Positions 1-11,937 of a stretch of DNA of 64,000 nucleotides are shown piece after piece. The translations under genes were made by a program, and so were the position numbers. The notes under the pieces are model-generated. The model saw only the letters and a program-made list of their open reading frames with translations, did not search any database and was not told where the DNA came from. Each line of letters starts with the position of its first letter. The first letter of the stretch is position 1. This stretch comes from Cyanophora paradoxa CCMP329 (taxonomy: Eukaryota; Plantae; Glaucophyta), in contig QPMI01000010.1 of assembly GCA_004431415.1 (NCBI GenBank), positions 434,001 to 498,000 of the forward strand. The letters are read 5' to 3'.

Positions 1-3000
1 CAGCGCGCAGGGGTATCGAGAAGTGGAATCTGATGGAGGGGGGCGTGCGGTGAGACTCGAGGAGAGGGGCGCAGGCGGAAGGCTCGGGGGGGTACTGGGG
101 CGCGCCGCGAGCCCTTGTCGGGCCAGCTCTCCACGCCGATGGAGCCCCCGAGCTCGTTGATGATCGCCGCTGAAAGCGCCAGGCCCAGCCCTGCACCGGC
201 CGGCCCCCGACAGAGGCGCAGCAGGCCTCGAGCTTAGGGCGGGAGGGGTGCCCGCGCCGGTGCCGCCGAAGCGGCGGGTGATGGTGGCGTCGGCCTGCGC
301 GAAGGGGCGGAAGAGCTTCTTGACGTTCTCCGGAGAGATCCCTGTGCCCCCGGGCCCCGGCCGCCGGTTCAAGCGGGTTCGAATGAGGGCCCGGGCCGGG
401 GCGAGGCGAGGGAGGGTACCGATGCCCTCGTCGGTGACGACGAACTCTAGCCACTCGCGATCGAACGCGTACCCCTCCCGGGAGGCCGGGGCGGGGAACG
501 CGCGCCCCGGGCGAGGGGGCGCGTATGGCTCGGGCGTGTCGAGCCTCAAGGCGAAGCGCCGCGGCGAGACGGATCCGGAGGCGTCCGCTGAATCAGCGTC
601 GGACTCGACCGGGGGCGACGCGGAGCGGCCTCGGCCTAAGGCCAAAGCCGAAGCCGAGGTGAGTGAGCCGCCGCGGCGGCCGAGGCGCCGGCGCGAGCGA
701 GCGGGGCGGGGGGGCGGACCGAAAGCCGCCTCGCGACGGCGGGGCCAGGGCGGAGCCGGCGACTCGGCGCGGACGTCGACGCGGGACCGGTGGCTCGGCT
801 CTCCCGGGCCCGCTCCCGAGCCCGGCTCCTGATCCGGATCTAGGCCCAGGGGACCAGAGGCCACGCGGGGGCCGGAGAGGATCCGGCGGAAGGAGGAGAA
901 GGCGCGCGGGCGGAGGCCTAGGGGCGCCGACGGGGGGCGGGATCCGGACCCGAACCCGTACCCGGCATCGGGGCGGCCGCGGGGCGCGGGGGGACCGTTC
1001 CTCCCGGACCCATTCCCCCGCAGGCGGACCTCGACGAAGACCGTTCCCCCGCGCTTGCTGAACTTGATCGCGTTCGAGGCGAGGTTGATCTGCGCGCCGC
1101 GCGCGCGCGCGGATCATCGGACCGACGGCCGCGTTCAAGCAGCGGCCTTTGAGCCTTAGCTCCAGGCAGCAGCTCTGACGGCCGCTGGCGCAGCTCTAGG
1201 CCTCTCGGCCCCTAGGCTAAGCTCCAAGCAGCTCTGACGGCCGCTGCAGCTGGGCGGGGCGGGGGCGGGGCTAAGCTCCAAGCAGCTAAGCTCCAAGCTG
1301 GGCGCAGCGCACCAGGACCTGGCGGAGGCGCACGGGGTCGCCCAGGACGCGCGCCGGCACCTCCGGCGACAGCCTCGTCAGCAGCTCCACGCCTGCCGGC
1401 GCGCGCGCTCTCAGCTGAGCTCGGCTGAGCATCGGGGCCTCTGGGCGCTGGCGGACCCTGCTGCTGGGCGGCCATGACGAGGAGGTCGGCCGAGTCCTCG
1501 AGGCAGCGCCGCAGCTCGAACTCGGTCTCCTCCAGCACCAGCTTGCCCGACTGCACCTTCTCCCAGTCCAGGATGTTGCTCACGATCTCGACCAGCGACT
1601 CGCCGGCCTTGGCGATCAGCTCCGCGAACTCGCGCTGCTCCGCAGTGAGTCCCGTGTCCCGCAGCAGCGCCGCGCAGCCGACGATGCCCTGCGAGGGATT
1701 AGGGCCGGAGAACAGGGGCGGGTTGAGGCGGCGCGGACGTTGAGCGGGGTACGGATCTCGTGGCTCATGTTGCGGACGAACTCGGAGCGGAGTCCGTTAA
1801 GGCTACGGGCCTCCTGGTAGTGGTGCGCGAGCCCCAGCACGATCGAGTCGTAGAAGATCGATTCGATCTCCGCCAGCTCCTTCAGCTGCAGGGCCCGAAG
1901 GCGGGCCAGGACCCGCAGCCACGCCCGGCGCAGCGCGCGCAGGACCCGCCGCAGAACCGGGCAGCGCCGCCCGTCGCAGTCCTCTGCGCGGCCGCGGGAC
2001 GGGCCGAAGGGGTGCGGGGGGCGCCGGCCCGGGCCCCGGCTGCCGCCCGCGCCCGAACGGACAGAGTCCCCGGGGCCGGAACCCAGATCCGCGTGCCTAA
2101 GCTTCTCCATCTGCGGACGAAGCGATTCGACGCCGTACGCCCAGAACGGGGGTACCAGTACGTCTTCACGCACGCGGGCGGAGAGGCGCGAGAGACGGCG
2201 GGTGACGTTGTGAGAGACGGCCACGCCCGCGAAGGCGCCGACAAGCTGCGCGGGGTACGGCGTTCGGCCGAAGGACGGGGGGGGGGCGTTGGCGGCCGGG
2301 GTACAGGCGCACGGTCACGGCGACGGCGATCGCGGCGGACGCTGCGAAGGCCCACGCCGACCGCGGCGTGAAGGAGCCCTGGCGGGGGGTACGGTTACAG
2401 GAGGCGGAAGGGAGGGTGAGAAAATGGCCGGGAGGGGGGTACGCTACGCACGCGGGGCACAGCCGTGCAGACGACCTGCGCGGTAGCGACGCAGGTGAGC
2501 GAGGCCGAGACGGCGCGAGGGGAAGGGGCGTACCCAGTCGAGGTCAAGGTCGGACAAGTCGGCGGCCTGGATCAGCAGCCCCTCGCCAAGCCAGCGGCGC
2601 GAGCCGAGTGCGTTCAGCGTCGCCTGGGGTACGCGATTAGCCAGGCGGGGGTGGGGTCGGTGGGGGGAGGGGGCGGGTGGGTCGCACCTGCCCGGGTACG
2701 CTGGCGAAGGAGCCGTACTGCGCGAGCAGGCGCGCGGCGGCGTCGCGGATGGCGGGATCCACCAGGGGATCGTCCGGCGCCAGCCGCCGGTCCGGCGTGT
2801 AGCGTCCGTCGATATCCGCCCCCCGCGAGAGCGCTGAGGCGAAGGCTTCAGGACGGGCGGTGCGAGAGGAGGGGGGGGGTACATAGAGCAACGCACATTC
2901 GCGCGCGAGGGAGGGCCCCCGGGAGGCGGCGACGAGGAGGCCCGTGCCGCGCTCGACGATGAACGACACGGCCCCTTGCTCCGAGTGCGCCATCTGCGAG

Positions 3001-4586
3001 CGGGAGGGGGTACAGAAATTCAGGGTTCCGGGGGTATGTGTACCGATTCCGGGGCCCGGGGGTACGTACCGATTTCAGGAAGAACTCAAGGCCCTCCAGG
3101 AGGAACGTGGAAGCCTGCGGATCGGGGTACCCCGACTCCATCAGCCGGATCAAGAAAGGCGCCGGGGTACGAGGGCGCGCGCCATGACGCCGAGCTTCTC
3201 CCCCCTGGAGTTGACCAGGGGCTGACAGGCCGAGATGCCGAAGTCGTTCGACGTGAGGAAGTCTGAGGGAGGCGCCTGAGAGGTCAGAACACGTCCCGCA
3301 CCCTTCCTAAACGGGCAAGTAGGGGGACGAAGGGGGGGGGGCGAAGCGCACAGGGGGTACTCCAGCCGAAGGAGTCGACGCCGGGGCCCCACCAGGGGCG
3401 GACCATCGGGTCGAAGTTCTGCGTCACCGCGATAGGGGGACCTGGGCGGTGTCTCAGGTGAGTCCAGAGAAGCGGGTGGCTGCGGAGTCCCCTCCAGCCG
3501 TCCGACAGTCCCAGAGCGTTCGGCGCCCCCAACCCCGTGGCCAGGGAGGGAAAGGGGAACAGGCGGGGCGGAGCCCACCGTAGGGTACGCCGTTCATGTC
3601 CGCGTCATACCTGCCCCAAGTGCCCCGGGGGTAAGCTAAAGCGCGCGCCGCGGCGCCGGGGGGGTACGGGCGTCGCACCAGTGCAGGTTGGTGCCCGTGC
3701 GCTCGTCCACCACGATGAATTTCCTGCGGAGCGTTGCCTCAGGCGCCCGGGGAGGGGGGCGAGTTTTAGGGGAAGAGGGGGGGGGGAGGGGGGGGGTAAG
3801 AGAAAGGGCGCGCCAGTCCCCGTAGTTGAACGTCCGGGGCCCGACGCCGCTGTGGCGGTATACGCGAGTGTACCCCACGAATCTGCTCCCCGGTCCAGAA
3901 TGGGTTCACAGACGGGTCGAAGCTGGGACGGCGGAGGCGGGGCTGCGGCCGCACCGCCCGTCGTGCGTGCCGATCCAGAAACTGGAAAGGGCATTCGAGG
4001 GCAGCAGCGGTTCGAAGCTCTTGAGCCTCTCCCAGATGAGGGCTGCCGCGTCTGCGAGCGGGAGGGCGGGCGGGCGGGCGCGGGGGCGCGGGCGCGTGAG
4101 CGGCCCGACGAAGATCTACAGTCCGCGATATCGATTTGATCCGGATCCAATTAAAGGGCGGACCCTCCCGCAGGTCGTCGAGCCGTCTGTGGTCCTCCCT
4201 GAACTCCACGTCGGCAAAGACGTTCACTGGAAGCGGTGCGGGACGCGGCGTGCGCGCGCGTGCGTGAGCTGGATCCGTGAGCGCCGATGCTCGCGCGGCC
4301 GGAGCGAGCGCACTGAATTTGGCAGTGCGGACGATGCCGGCGTCCACCTCGTCGCGGACGCGCTTCACCGCGTCGCGCTGCTGTAGGTCCAGCACGTCGT
4401 CCACCGTCCACTGCGAGAAGACCGTCCCCACCGCCCACACCGCCGCCTGCCGCGCGCCCGCACGCGCGTCATGTCATCTCTCGAAGTTCGCGTGCGCGCG
4501 CCTCAGGGCAACGACGAACAGACCGTCGTGACCAGCAGGAGCACGACGAAGGGCACCGTGAGGGCGACCGCGATGCGGATCTTCAT
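1..4586 (-). CDS. Multi-exon membrane sensor histidine kinase (HisKA + HATPase_c); 3' end runs off the window
   Basis: Spliced exons give an N-terminal TM segment (MKIRIAVALTVPFVVLLVTT), H-box RSEFVRNMSHEIRTPLN|GIVG (~1690-1790), NILDWEKVQSGKL, N-box INLASNAIKF (~1060-1090), G1 VTDEGIG (~420-440), F-box LFRPFAQADATITRRFG and G2 GLGLALS (~170-190). Confidence 0.88.
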
Positions 4587-5344
4587 GGCTCTCCTTGCCG
4601 CTGGGCCGCCGCGCGCTGCAGGCCAGGCAGCTCAGGCGCTGGCGGTCCGCTGGCGATGATCGAGCAGGCGCTTCTGATGGTCGAGCAGACGTGCCCGGCC
4701 CGAGCGCATATGCGCTTGAGCTTCAACTCACAATTGCAACTGCTCTCTGCGACTCATGATCGGCTGCGCGTACAAGTGCTGCAGCGCAATCTTCAGCTGC
4801 GGATATCGATGAAGTGTTAAGCGTCAAGGGTCCCCGCAGTGCGGCTGGTCATGATGATGTGCTCAGTTGCAGAGCTAGCGCTAGCTTCTGCGCAGGCGTA
4901 TGCACGTCACACGCAGCACGAGCATGCTCAACGCGGCGTTACGTACTGTCTACACATGTGCAGCGACTCCCGGCGAGGATGTGCTCCCGCACTGCTGCGC
5001 TGACGGAGGCATGCTGCTCCGAGTGCACGCGTAACGTTAACGTGACGGCGACTGTGCTGATGAGACTCCAGTGACTCCAACTCCAACTCCGTCGACGAAC
5101 ATTCATGCCATTGTTGTCCCGCTGCGCTCGTTCGCACGTGACCAACTTGGCAAAGTTGGCACTCGCCGAGTCGAGCTCCGGATCCCCGGTCGAGCTGGCG
5201 CGGATCACGGAGCTGCGGTAGTGCGCAGCCTGGCATGCGCACTGCAGCTGGCTGGCTGCGCAATGCCGCAAAGGGCGGCGAGTGCTTACGCAACTCAGCT
5301 CAAGACATCCAAGCAGAACCTCGGATCCGTGTTTCATTTCAACC

Positions 5345-5416
5345 GTCGCTGTAGTATAGCGGTCAGTATACCTGCCTGTCACGCAGGTGACCCGGGTTCA
5401 ATTCCCGGCAGTGGCG
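5345..5416 (+). tRNA. trnD-GUC: tRNA-Asp (GUC)
   Basis: 72-nt cloverleaf: acceptor GTCGCTG/CAGTGGC, anticodon arm CCTGC-CT GTC AC-GCAGG, T-loop GTTCAATTC, followed by a TTTT Pol III terminator. Confidence 0.95.
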
Positions 5417-7459
5417 CTTTTGCCCTCGCCTTACCCCCGGTGCCTGTACCCGGGCGCACTCGCCCGTACCCTCTTTTTCGAAAAGAGGCGCCATTCCACC
5501 CGAACTCCCCCGGGTACGTCACCAGCTACCCGCCCAGCTCCAGCGCTCGTACAGCTGCGGCGCCTGGAGCGCTCGGCACCATCGGCCCCTGCGGTGCACC
5601 GGCTTCATACGCAACTCGGGCTTTCACCTCGACCATTCTGCTACTCTGAGCGGTACGCCATCGTCACCGTTCTCCTTCGCGGTTGCGCATTCAGCTTACA
5701 ATCTTCCCGATCCCTAGATGGCCTTCCTTTTCGAATTCTTCTGGACGCTGCTTTTCGTCTGGGGCAGCACGAGACAGCACTTGCCACGCCTCGGTAGAGA
5801 GCACGCTACACCTATTATGGAACTTGACTTCTTCGTTGGCAAGATGATGCAGTCTGCGGAGAGGGCCGGCAAAATGCGGAACACATTGCCCCACCTCCAG
5901 GCCGCCATCGAGGAGATTCAAGCGGCCAACATGATCCCTGTCGTCTTGTGCATAGTACAGAGTACAGATGTGTATCATAGTACAGATAGCGAATTTTACA
6001 GCTGCATGTGACTACGTGTAAATAAGCATGATAGTTAATTTCTACAATTACAACACTAGCCGATCATGACGACTTGACTGAAGACGCGGGCGCCTCGCCT
6101 CGCCTTGTCGTACATGTTCTCTGTCGACGCCCTCCTTGCTCACGGTTAACGTTCGCCCCGTTGCATGGAGCCTAGGACAATGCGAGCTTTCCGAGCTGAC
6201 CGGAGGGATCTGCGGCGGCGACGCAGGATCGTCAGAAGAACTCAGCGTACGAGCACGTGCACAGGAGCTCGAGATAGGAAACGATGCTTGCTCGGGCAGG
6301 CTCACCCGACTCGAGGATCAGTACATGCCTCGTGTCGCAGCCAACGAGCTGGTAGCCCGAAGGGAACGCGGGCGACGGGAGGGCCAGGAGCAGGCTGCAC
6401 GCGCGCGGGTCACGGGGGCAGATCATCGGACGAAGATCTAGAAATAAGATCTAGAAGAGAACGGCTCACCGGTAGACGTAGCAGTTTCCGTCCTCCGGGC
6501 TGACCCGGTTGATGTAGCCTGTCACGCGCCCATCGGCGGGGACGACGAGGTGGCCGCCCATGCCGCTCTGCTCCGTCACGCCCGCGCACGGAGTCGTGCT
6601 GAGGAGCTCTGGGTCGGACGCACGGGCCTCCTCTGCGCAGCCATTGCATGCACCATGAGATCGAGCTCGAGAGATCCATGGCCAGAGAACACGAGAGAAC
6701 GAACCAATTGACTTCGGGGCGCCGGCGCGCGCGAGGATGTTGCTCGTGCGCTGCGCGAGGACGACCATGTTGCCGGGCAACGACTGTCCAGGCTGGATGG
6801 CCTTGACCTGCGAGGAGAACTCAGCGCCGCGCCAGCGCGCGCAGAGCTAGCGCTACCGCCGAGCGCTAGCTATAGCGCACCGTGAAGCGGAACTGATTGT
6901 TCAGATGCTGGCTCAGGATGACCGTGCTGATATGATGAGCGTCCGCGTAGTCGAACGTCGCTTTCGCCGAACACCAGGCGGTGAACGCGACGGTCGGGTT
7001 GGCGCCCTCTCGCGGCACCCGCACTCTGTCGAGAAGAGCATCGCGAGGCTTTACGGGAGTTGTGTGCGCATTGATGAGCTCTGCCGGGCTGTAGCTGTTC
7101 TCCTTGGTGAGCACGAGCAACGTCCAGTCAAACGTGAACAACTCCATGCCCGTCCGCGGGAGGAAGAAGGCTTTAATGTCTTGCCGTTCAATGCCGCGAG
7201 GAAGTTGCGCGCTCCCTTGCCGCCCAATGCAAATGCGACGGATTCGAATGGCCGAAGCGAATGCTCGCGCGTCGCGGTCCGGCGCGTGCCGAGCTCTCCA
7301 AACGTTGCAGTTGGCTGGAACGAGCAGCCGGGCGATCCGCTGGCGTGCCGGGTGCGCTGGGGCCGAATTCGAAGCGCCGCAGTCAGCTGAGGTTTGACAG
7401 AGCCGGGTACGGGCGAGTGCGCCCGGGTACAGGCACCGGGGGTAAGGCGAGGGCAAAAG

Positions 7460-7531
7460 CGCCACTGCCGGGAATTGAACCCGGGTCACCTGCGTGACAG
7501 GCAGGTATACTGACCGCTATACTACAGCGAC
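7460..7531 (-). tRNA. trnD-GUC: tRNA-Asp (GUC), identical second copy
   Basis: Exact reverse complement of 5345-5416. Confidence 0.95.
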
Positions 7532-7816
7532 GGGTGAGAAATAGATGTCGTTTAAGGGTTCCGCTTTGAATTTTGGCACTTTCGTGGAGGACTCGGTCTA
7601 AGAGCCGGCGGGGCCGCAAGTCCGGAGACTAGGCTAGGAGCTCCTTGTGACCGGGTCCTGGAGTCGGGCGGCACAGCAGCAGCACGCGGCATCTATCGGA
7701 CAAGCCGCTGAGCGTTGTTGTCGACAGCGCCCGCTTGGTAGGACCACGCGCGGAGGCGCCGGCGGCCCGCGGGCGTGGCGTTGGCCGGCCGTGGGAGTGA
7801 CAGCAGCTCTGCGAAG

Positions 7817-9075
7817 ATGGCAGAACAACAGGATGGAGAAGAGTATGTAGAACTTTCGATGGCAGAGACGCCCGTGGAGGGCGGCAGCTCAGACCCAGGC
7901 ACCTCTGGGGATCCGGAGGCGAGCGGCGAAGCCATCGACGAGCAGGAGGAGGAAGCGCCCGATGCCGAGCTGCACGTTGTCACGGTGTGGAGGAGCCCTT
8001 CCCCTGCCTGCGAAGTTTGCGTGGCGCTCATCTCTCGCAGGCCTTCGAGCGCCCGTTCGTGGAGATGGGTCCGATCCTTCCGCCGCGTCCGATGTGGATG
8101 CTGGACGACGACATCATGCGTAGCCAGCTCGGCATCTCGAAGGCGCGGGCGGAGACTATGCAGAAGTGCCCAATCTTCGGCGGGCCGGAGGCCCCGAGCG
8201 TGACACTCCCGTTCCGTGTGCAAATCTTCAGCGACGAGGACAACTTCAAGCACCTGGATTTGCTGCGGGCGAAGAATCTGTGGGGCAGGCTCCCGAAGGC
8301 CGAGCAGGAGCTGCTCGACCAGGAGGCCGAGCGGCTGACCCAAGACGGCCTGTACTGGGGCGTCTCGGGGCAGCGCCCCGGCCACACGCACGCCGACGAT
8401 CTCCTCAAGCTCGTGCGCGGCGCCGCCCGCCCGCGGGCGCCACGCCGCCGTTGCCGCAGCCGGTAACGCTCGCGCCCTGCAGATGGCCCCCGCGCGGAGC
8501 TTCCTCGTGACGACCGTCCTGCGCGGGGAGCCGAAGGCGAAGGTGATGGACATCGAGTGAGTTCCCCCCGCGCATCGCCGCCGCCCCCGCTGCCGCCGCC
8601 GCCGCCAGCCGACCTGACGCCCCGCGCAGGCAGAAGACGGCCTCGGAGGCGCCGCAGGAGATGCGCTACGGGCTGCAGGTCCTCCCCAGCATCGTGGAGA
8701 ACCACCTGAAGGGCCTCGCCCCCAAAGCCTTCTCGGGCATCGCGGACGCGGTGGCGCGCCATGTCCCCTGCCCTCTGATCCGATCCGATTCGATCCGCGG
8801 AGCTCGCTGTTCTGACGAGGGACGCGCAGAGGCTAAAGCTGGGCCCGCTGACTGGCTTCAAGACGATTCCGATCGTCCAGGCGGAGGAGCAGGCGGCCAG
8901 CGAGGGGGCGGAGGCGGAGGAGCAGCAGGCCAGCGGCGCGCAGGAGCCGGCCGCGGCAGCCGAGGTGGACGGGGGGTACGTGGAGGCCGACGAGGGGTAC
9001 GAGGCCGACCTCCTGGCGGAGGGGGGCGAGTGGGGCGCCCTGGCCGACATCGCCGGCTCTTCCGGCGACCTGTAA
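7817..9075 (+). CDS. Hypothetical multi-exon protein with acidic N- and C-termini
   Basis: ATG at 7817 (MAEQQDGEEYVELS...), introns ending in CAG linking coding-like exons (AFERPFVEMGP..., LKLGPLTGFKTIPIVQ...), stop TAA at 9073-9075. Confidence 0.6.
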
Positions 9076-9473
9076 GCTCGGGCTCGGGCTTGGGCCCTCG
9101 GCCAAAACCGTGGGGCACCTTTCTTCAGTCTCCGCCGCGCTTTCACATATCGCTTAGCCCAGAACCGAATTTGTGGCTTCATTAAAAAAACATTTGCGAG
9201 TACCAGTCGACGTATGTAATTACAATGTAACGTAATCGAGTGCACAGCTCCGTGCGAACTCATCGAAGTCGGGCCAGCGCTCGTGTTCGGGTCAGGGGCG
9301 CACGCCCAGGAGAATCTGCGGAGATGCCACGAGGAAAAAAGTTCGATTCCAGAGAGCCGAACTGCATGCGCATACAAACTACTAGTACTACTGCAAGGCC
9401 GGGCGGCCCGGGGCCCGGGCGGGCGAGGGGTTACACGTGTAGCACTGCATGCCGGCCCCCCCCCCCCCCCCCC

Positions 9474-11872
9474 CTACATCAGGTTGCAGGCCTCGAGGCG
9501 CTTGATGGCGCGGTAGACGACGCAGCGGTCGGCCCGCTTCAGGACGCACGCCAGCACATCCGCGAACCTGCCCGGCCCGGCCCTAAGCGGAGGAGGGGGG
9601 AGGAGGTGGCGGAGGGGCGGAGGGAGCGGAGGGGGGTACCGGCCGTTCATATCGGGGTCGTCGTCCTGCGAGTCGTACGTGTAGTTCGCCACGCCGAAGA
9701 CCTGCAGGCGGTGAGCACAGAGGAGGAGAGAGGCGGGCCGGGGCGGAGGGGGAGGCGCACGGGGCACTTGCAAGCCTCGTAGACGCCGTTGATCGCGCGC
9801 TTCACCTGAGGCGCGCGGGTCGAACGCGGAAGAGGGGGGGGAAGGGGCCGGGGGGTACCGTGGCGTGGTCGAGCTTGTCGATCTTCGTGACGACGACGAC
9901 GGGGCGCTTGCCCATGAGGCCCTCCAGGGCGGCAACGAGGGGTACGAGGCGCTGGTGCTCCTCCGCCTCCGCGTCCCAGAAGATGATGGCGCCTGGGGGT
10001 TACGGTGATTTCGGGAAGGGGCGGGAGGATCGCAGAGACGGGTACCCTGCAGCTTGACGTAGCGACGGCCCTTGAGCTCCAAAGGGTCCTCGATGAACTT
10101 GGACTTGCAGGCCTGTATGTAGTGGGGACCAGGAGTCAAGGTGCGGCCGAGGAAAGGAGGCGGAAGGGGGGGGGGGGGGGGGGGAGGGGGGGGGGGAAGG
10201 GGAAAACAACGCGCCTGGTTCCTCCTGTGCATGTCCTCGACCTCAATGAGGACGGAGCGAACCCAGTCGTCTCCCATGTTCAGCATGCCTGCGGCGAAAG
10301 TTCAGCATGTTCAGCAGGCCGGGGCGCGTGTGGGCGGGGGAGCGGAGAGAGGCGTACCCGGGAAATCGACGAGTGCGAAGTAGGGGTTGACCTCCGCGAC
10401 GTCACGCTTCCGCGTGAAGGACTCGTCGCTGGGGCCTGGGTACGGCGTTCGAGACGAGGGGAGGGGCGGAGGGAGGAGGGGCGGGGCGGGGGCGCGCCCT
10501 GGCGGTAGAACTGCGTGAAGGGCAGGTTCTGCCAGATGTGCAGCGCCGACTCGATGAAGGAGGACTTGCCGAAGCCGCGGCGCCCGAACATGCCGATGTT
10601 GACGCGGTTCGGGAACGAGATGCGCTGCTTGTCCTTCGGCTCCATGGTGACGCCGGGGTAGTACAGCTTCACCTGCGCGAGGAGCTGAGAAAAGAGAGAA
10701 AAAGAAGAGGAGAGGAGTGCGGGCCTTGTCGAAGCGGGTGAGGCGGCGCCACTTCTGCGTCTCGGTAAACTTGTTCCACACGGCGTCCGGCCACGTGATC
10801 TTGACGCCCGGCGGGATCACCTCCGGCTCCATGTCCTCAGGCGGCAGCATGATCGTGCCTGCGCCAGGAGTAAGCCGCCGCTGAGGGCGGGCGAAGCAGC
10901 GGGCGCCGTCGGACCTTCCAGGTCGACTGTGGGCGGGCGTGCGGGCGAACGCGCGGGAGGCGGGAGTGAGCGGAGGAGGAAGAAGGGGGGAAGGAAGGAA
11001 AAGAAACGGGACGCACCCTTGGCGCCCAGGCGCTGCTTGGCGGGCTTGCCGTAGTCGTTGCTCGGGAGGTCGTACTCGCCCTGGTACCCTTCGGCCTGCG
11101 ACGGCGTCCGCACGATGCCGTTGAACTGCTGCGAGTTGGCCATGTTGAGCATGTTGAGCGCCTCCATCTGGCGCCGCACGGGATCGTCCGCGCCGTCGTC
11201 CTGCTGCTGCTGCTGCTGCTGCTGCTGCCCGTATCCCGCGTCGGAGCCGCCGCCGCCCGCGCCGTACTGGCCGCCGCTCTGGTCATTGTAGTTTGTGGCG
11301 CCATGGCCTCCGTAGGGCGAGGGACCCGACGGCGTGCTGTTGTACGGCGCGCCGCCGCCGTACTGGTTGTACGGAGTGGAGTTGCCGGACCCTTGGCCGT
11401 ACTGGGGAGGCGAGGGGCCTCCGCTGCGGCCGCCGCGAGAGTCGCCGTACGGTGCGGGGGACGGGTTCCCGCTGTGAGCGGCGCTGTTGCCGCCGCTGGA
11501 GTTCTGACCACTCCAGCCGCCCTGGCTGCTCTCCTGCTGGCCGTACGCGCCTGCGCCGTAGGGATCGTAGGACGGACGGCCAGATGTAGTGCCCTGTATC
11601 AACACGTTGGCCTGTGCTGCAGGCGGCGGGCCGGGCGGCGGCGGAGGCTTCGCCCGTTGCCCCGGCGGAGCGCCCGCGGCGGTCGGTCTGGGTGCTATAT
11701 CGATGCCACTGCGCCGCAAGAGAGTCAGAGGAAGCGCTTGGGCGCGGCAGCACGCGCCAGGTCATCGCCGGAGGACGGCGCGGGCGTCAGCTAGGCGCCT
11801 AGATTTAGGCGCGGTTCACCGGTAGGCATCCTCATCGGTCGGCTGATAGCCGCCGTACTTGTAGTGGGCCAT
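9474..11872 (-). CDS. P-loop NTPase/GTPase-like protein (IFI44-like) with a long Gly/Gln/Ser/Tyr low-complexity N-terminus
   Basis: Exons give Walker A NIGMFGRRGFGKSSFIES (~10550-10605), LVDFPG, PVVVVTKID (G4-like) and VFGVANYT; polyQ tract near 11205-11228. The IFI44 assignment is inferred from motif order. Confidence 0.65.
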
Positions 11873-11937
11873 CGCTGCACGAACGCGGCCAAGGGAAACA
11901 CGTTGTGCGAGGGGTACACGACAGTCGAAAAGACACC

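Larger units (their letters stand above)
5343..7533. repeat. ~129-bp inverted repeat pair (5343-5471 / 7405-7533): tRNA-Asp plus ~55 bp of 3' flank
   Basis: Direct sequence comparison; identity continues past the terminator through ...GCACTCGCCCGTACCC. Confidence 0.9.
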
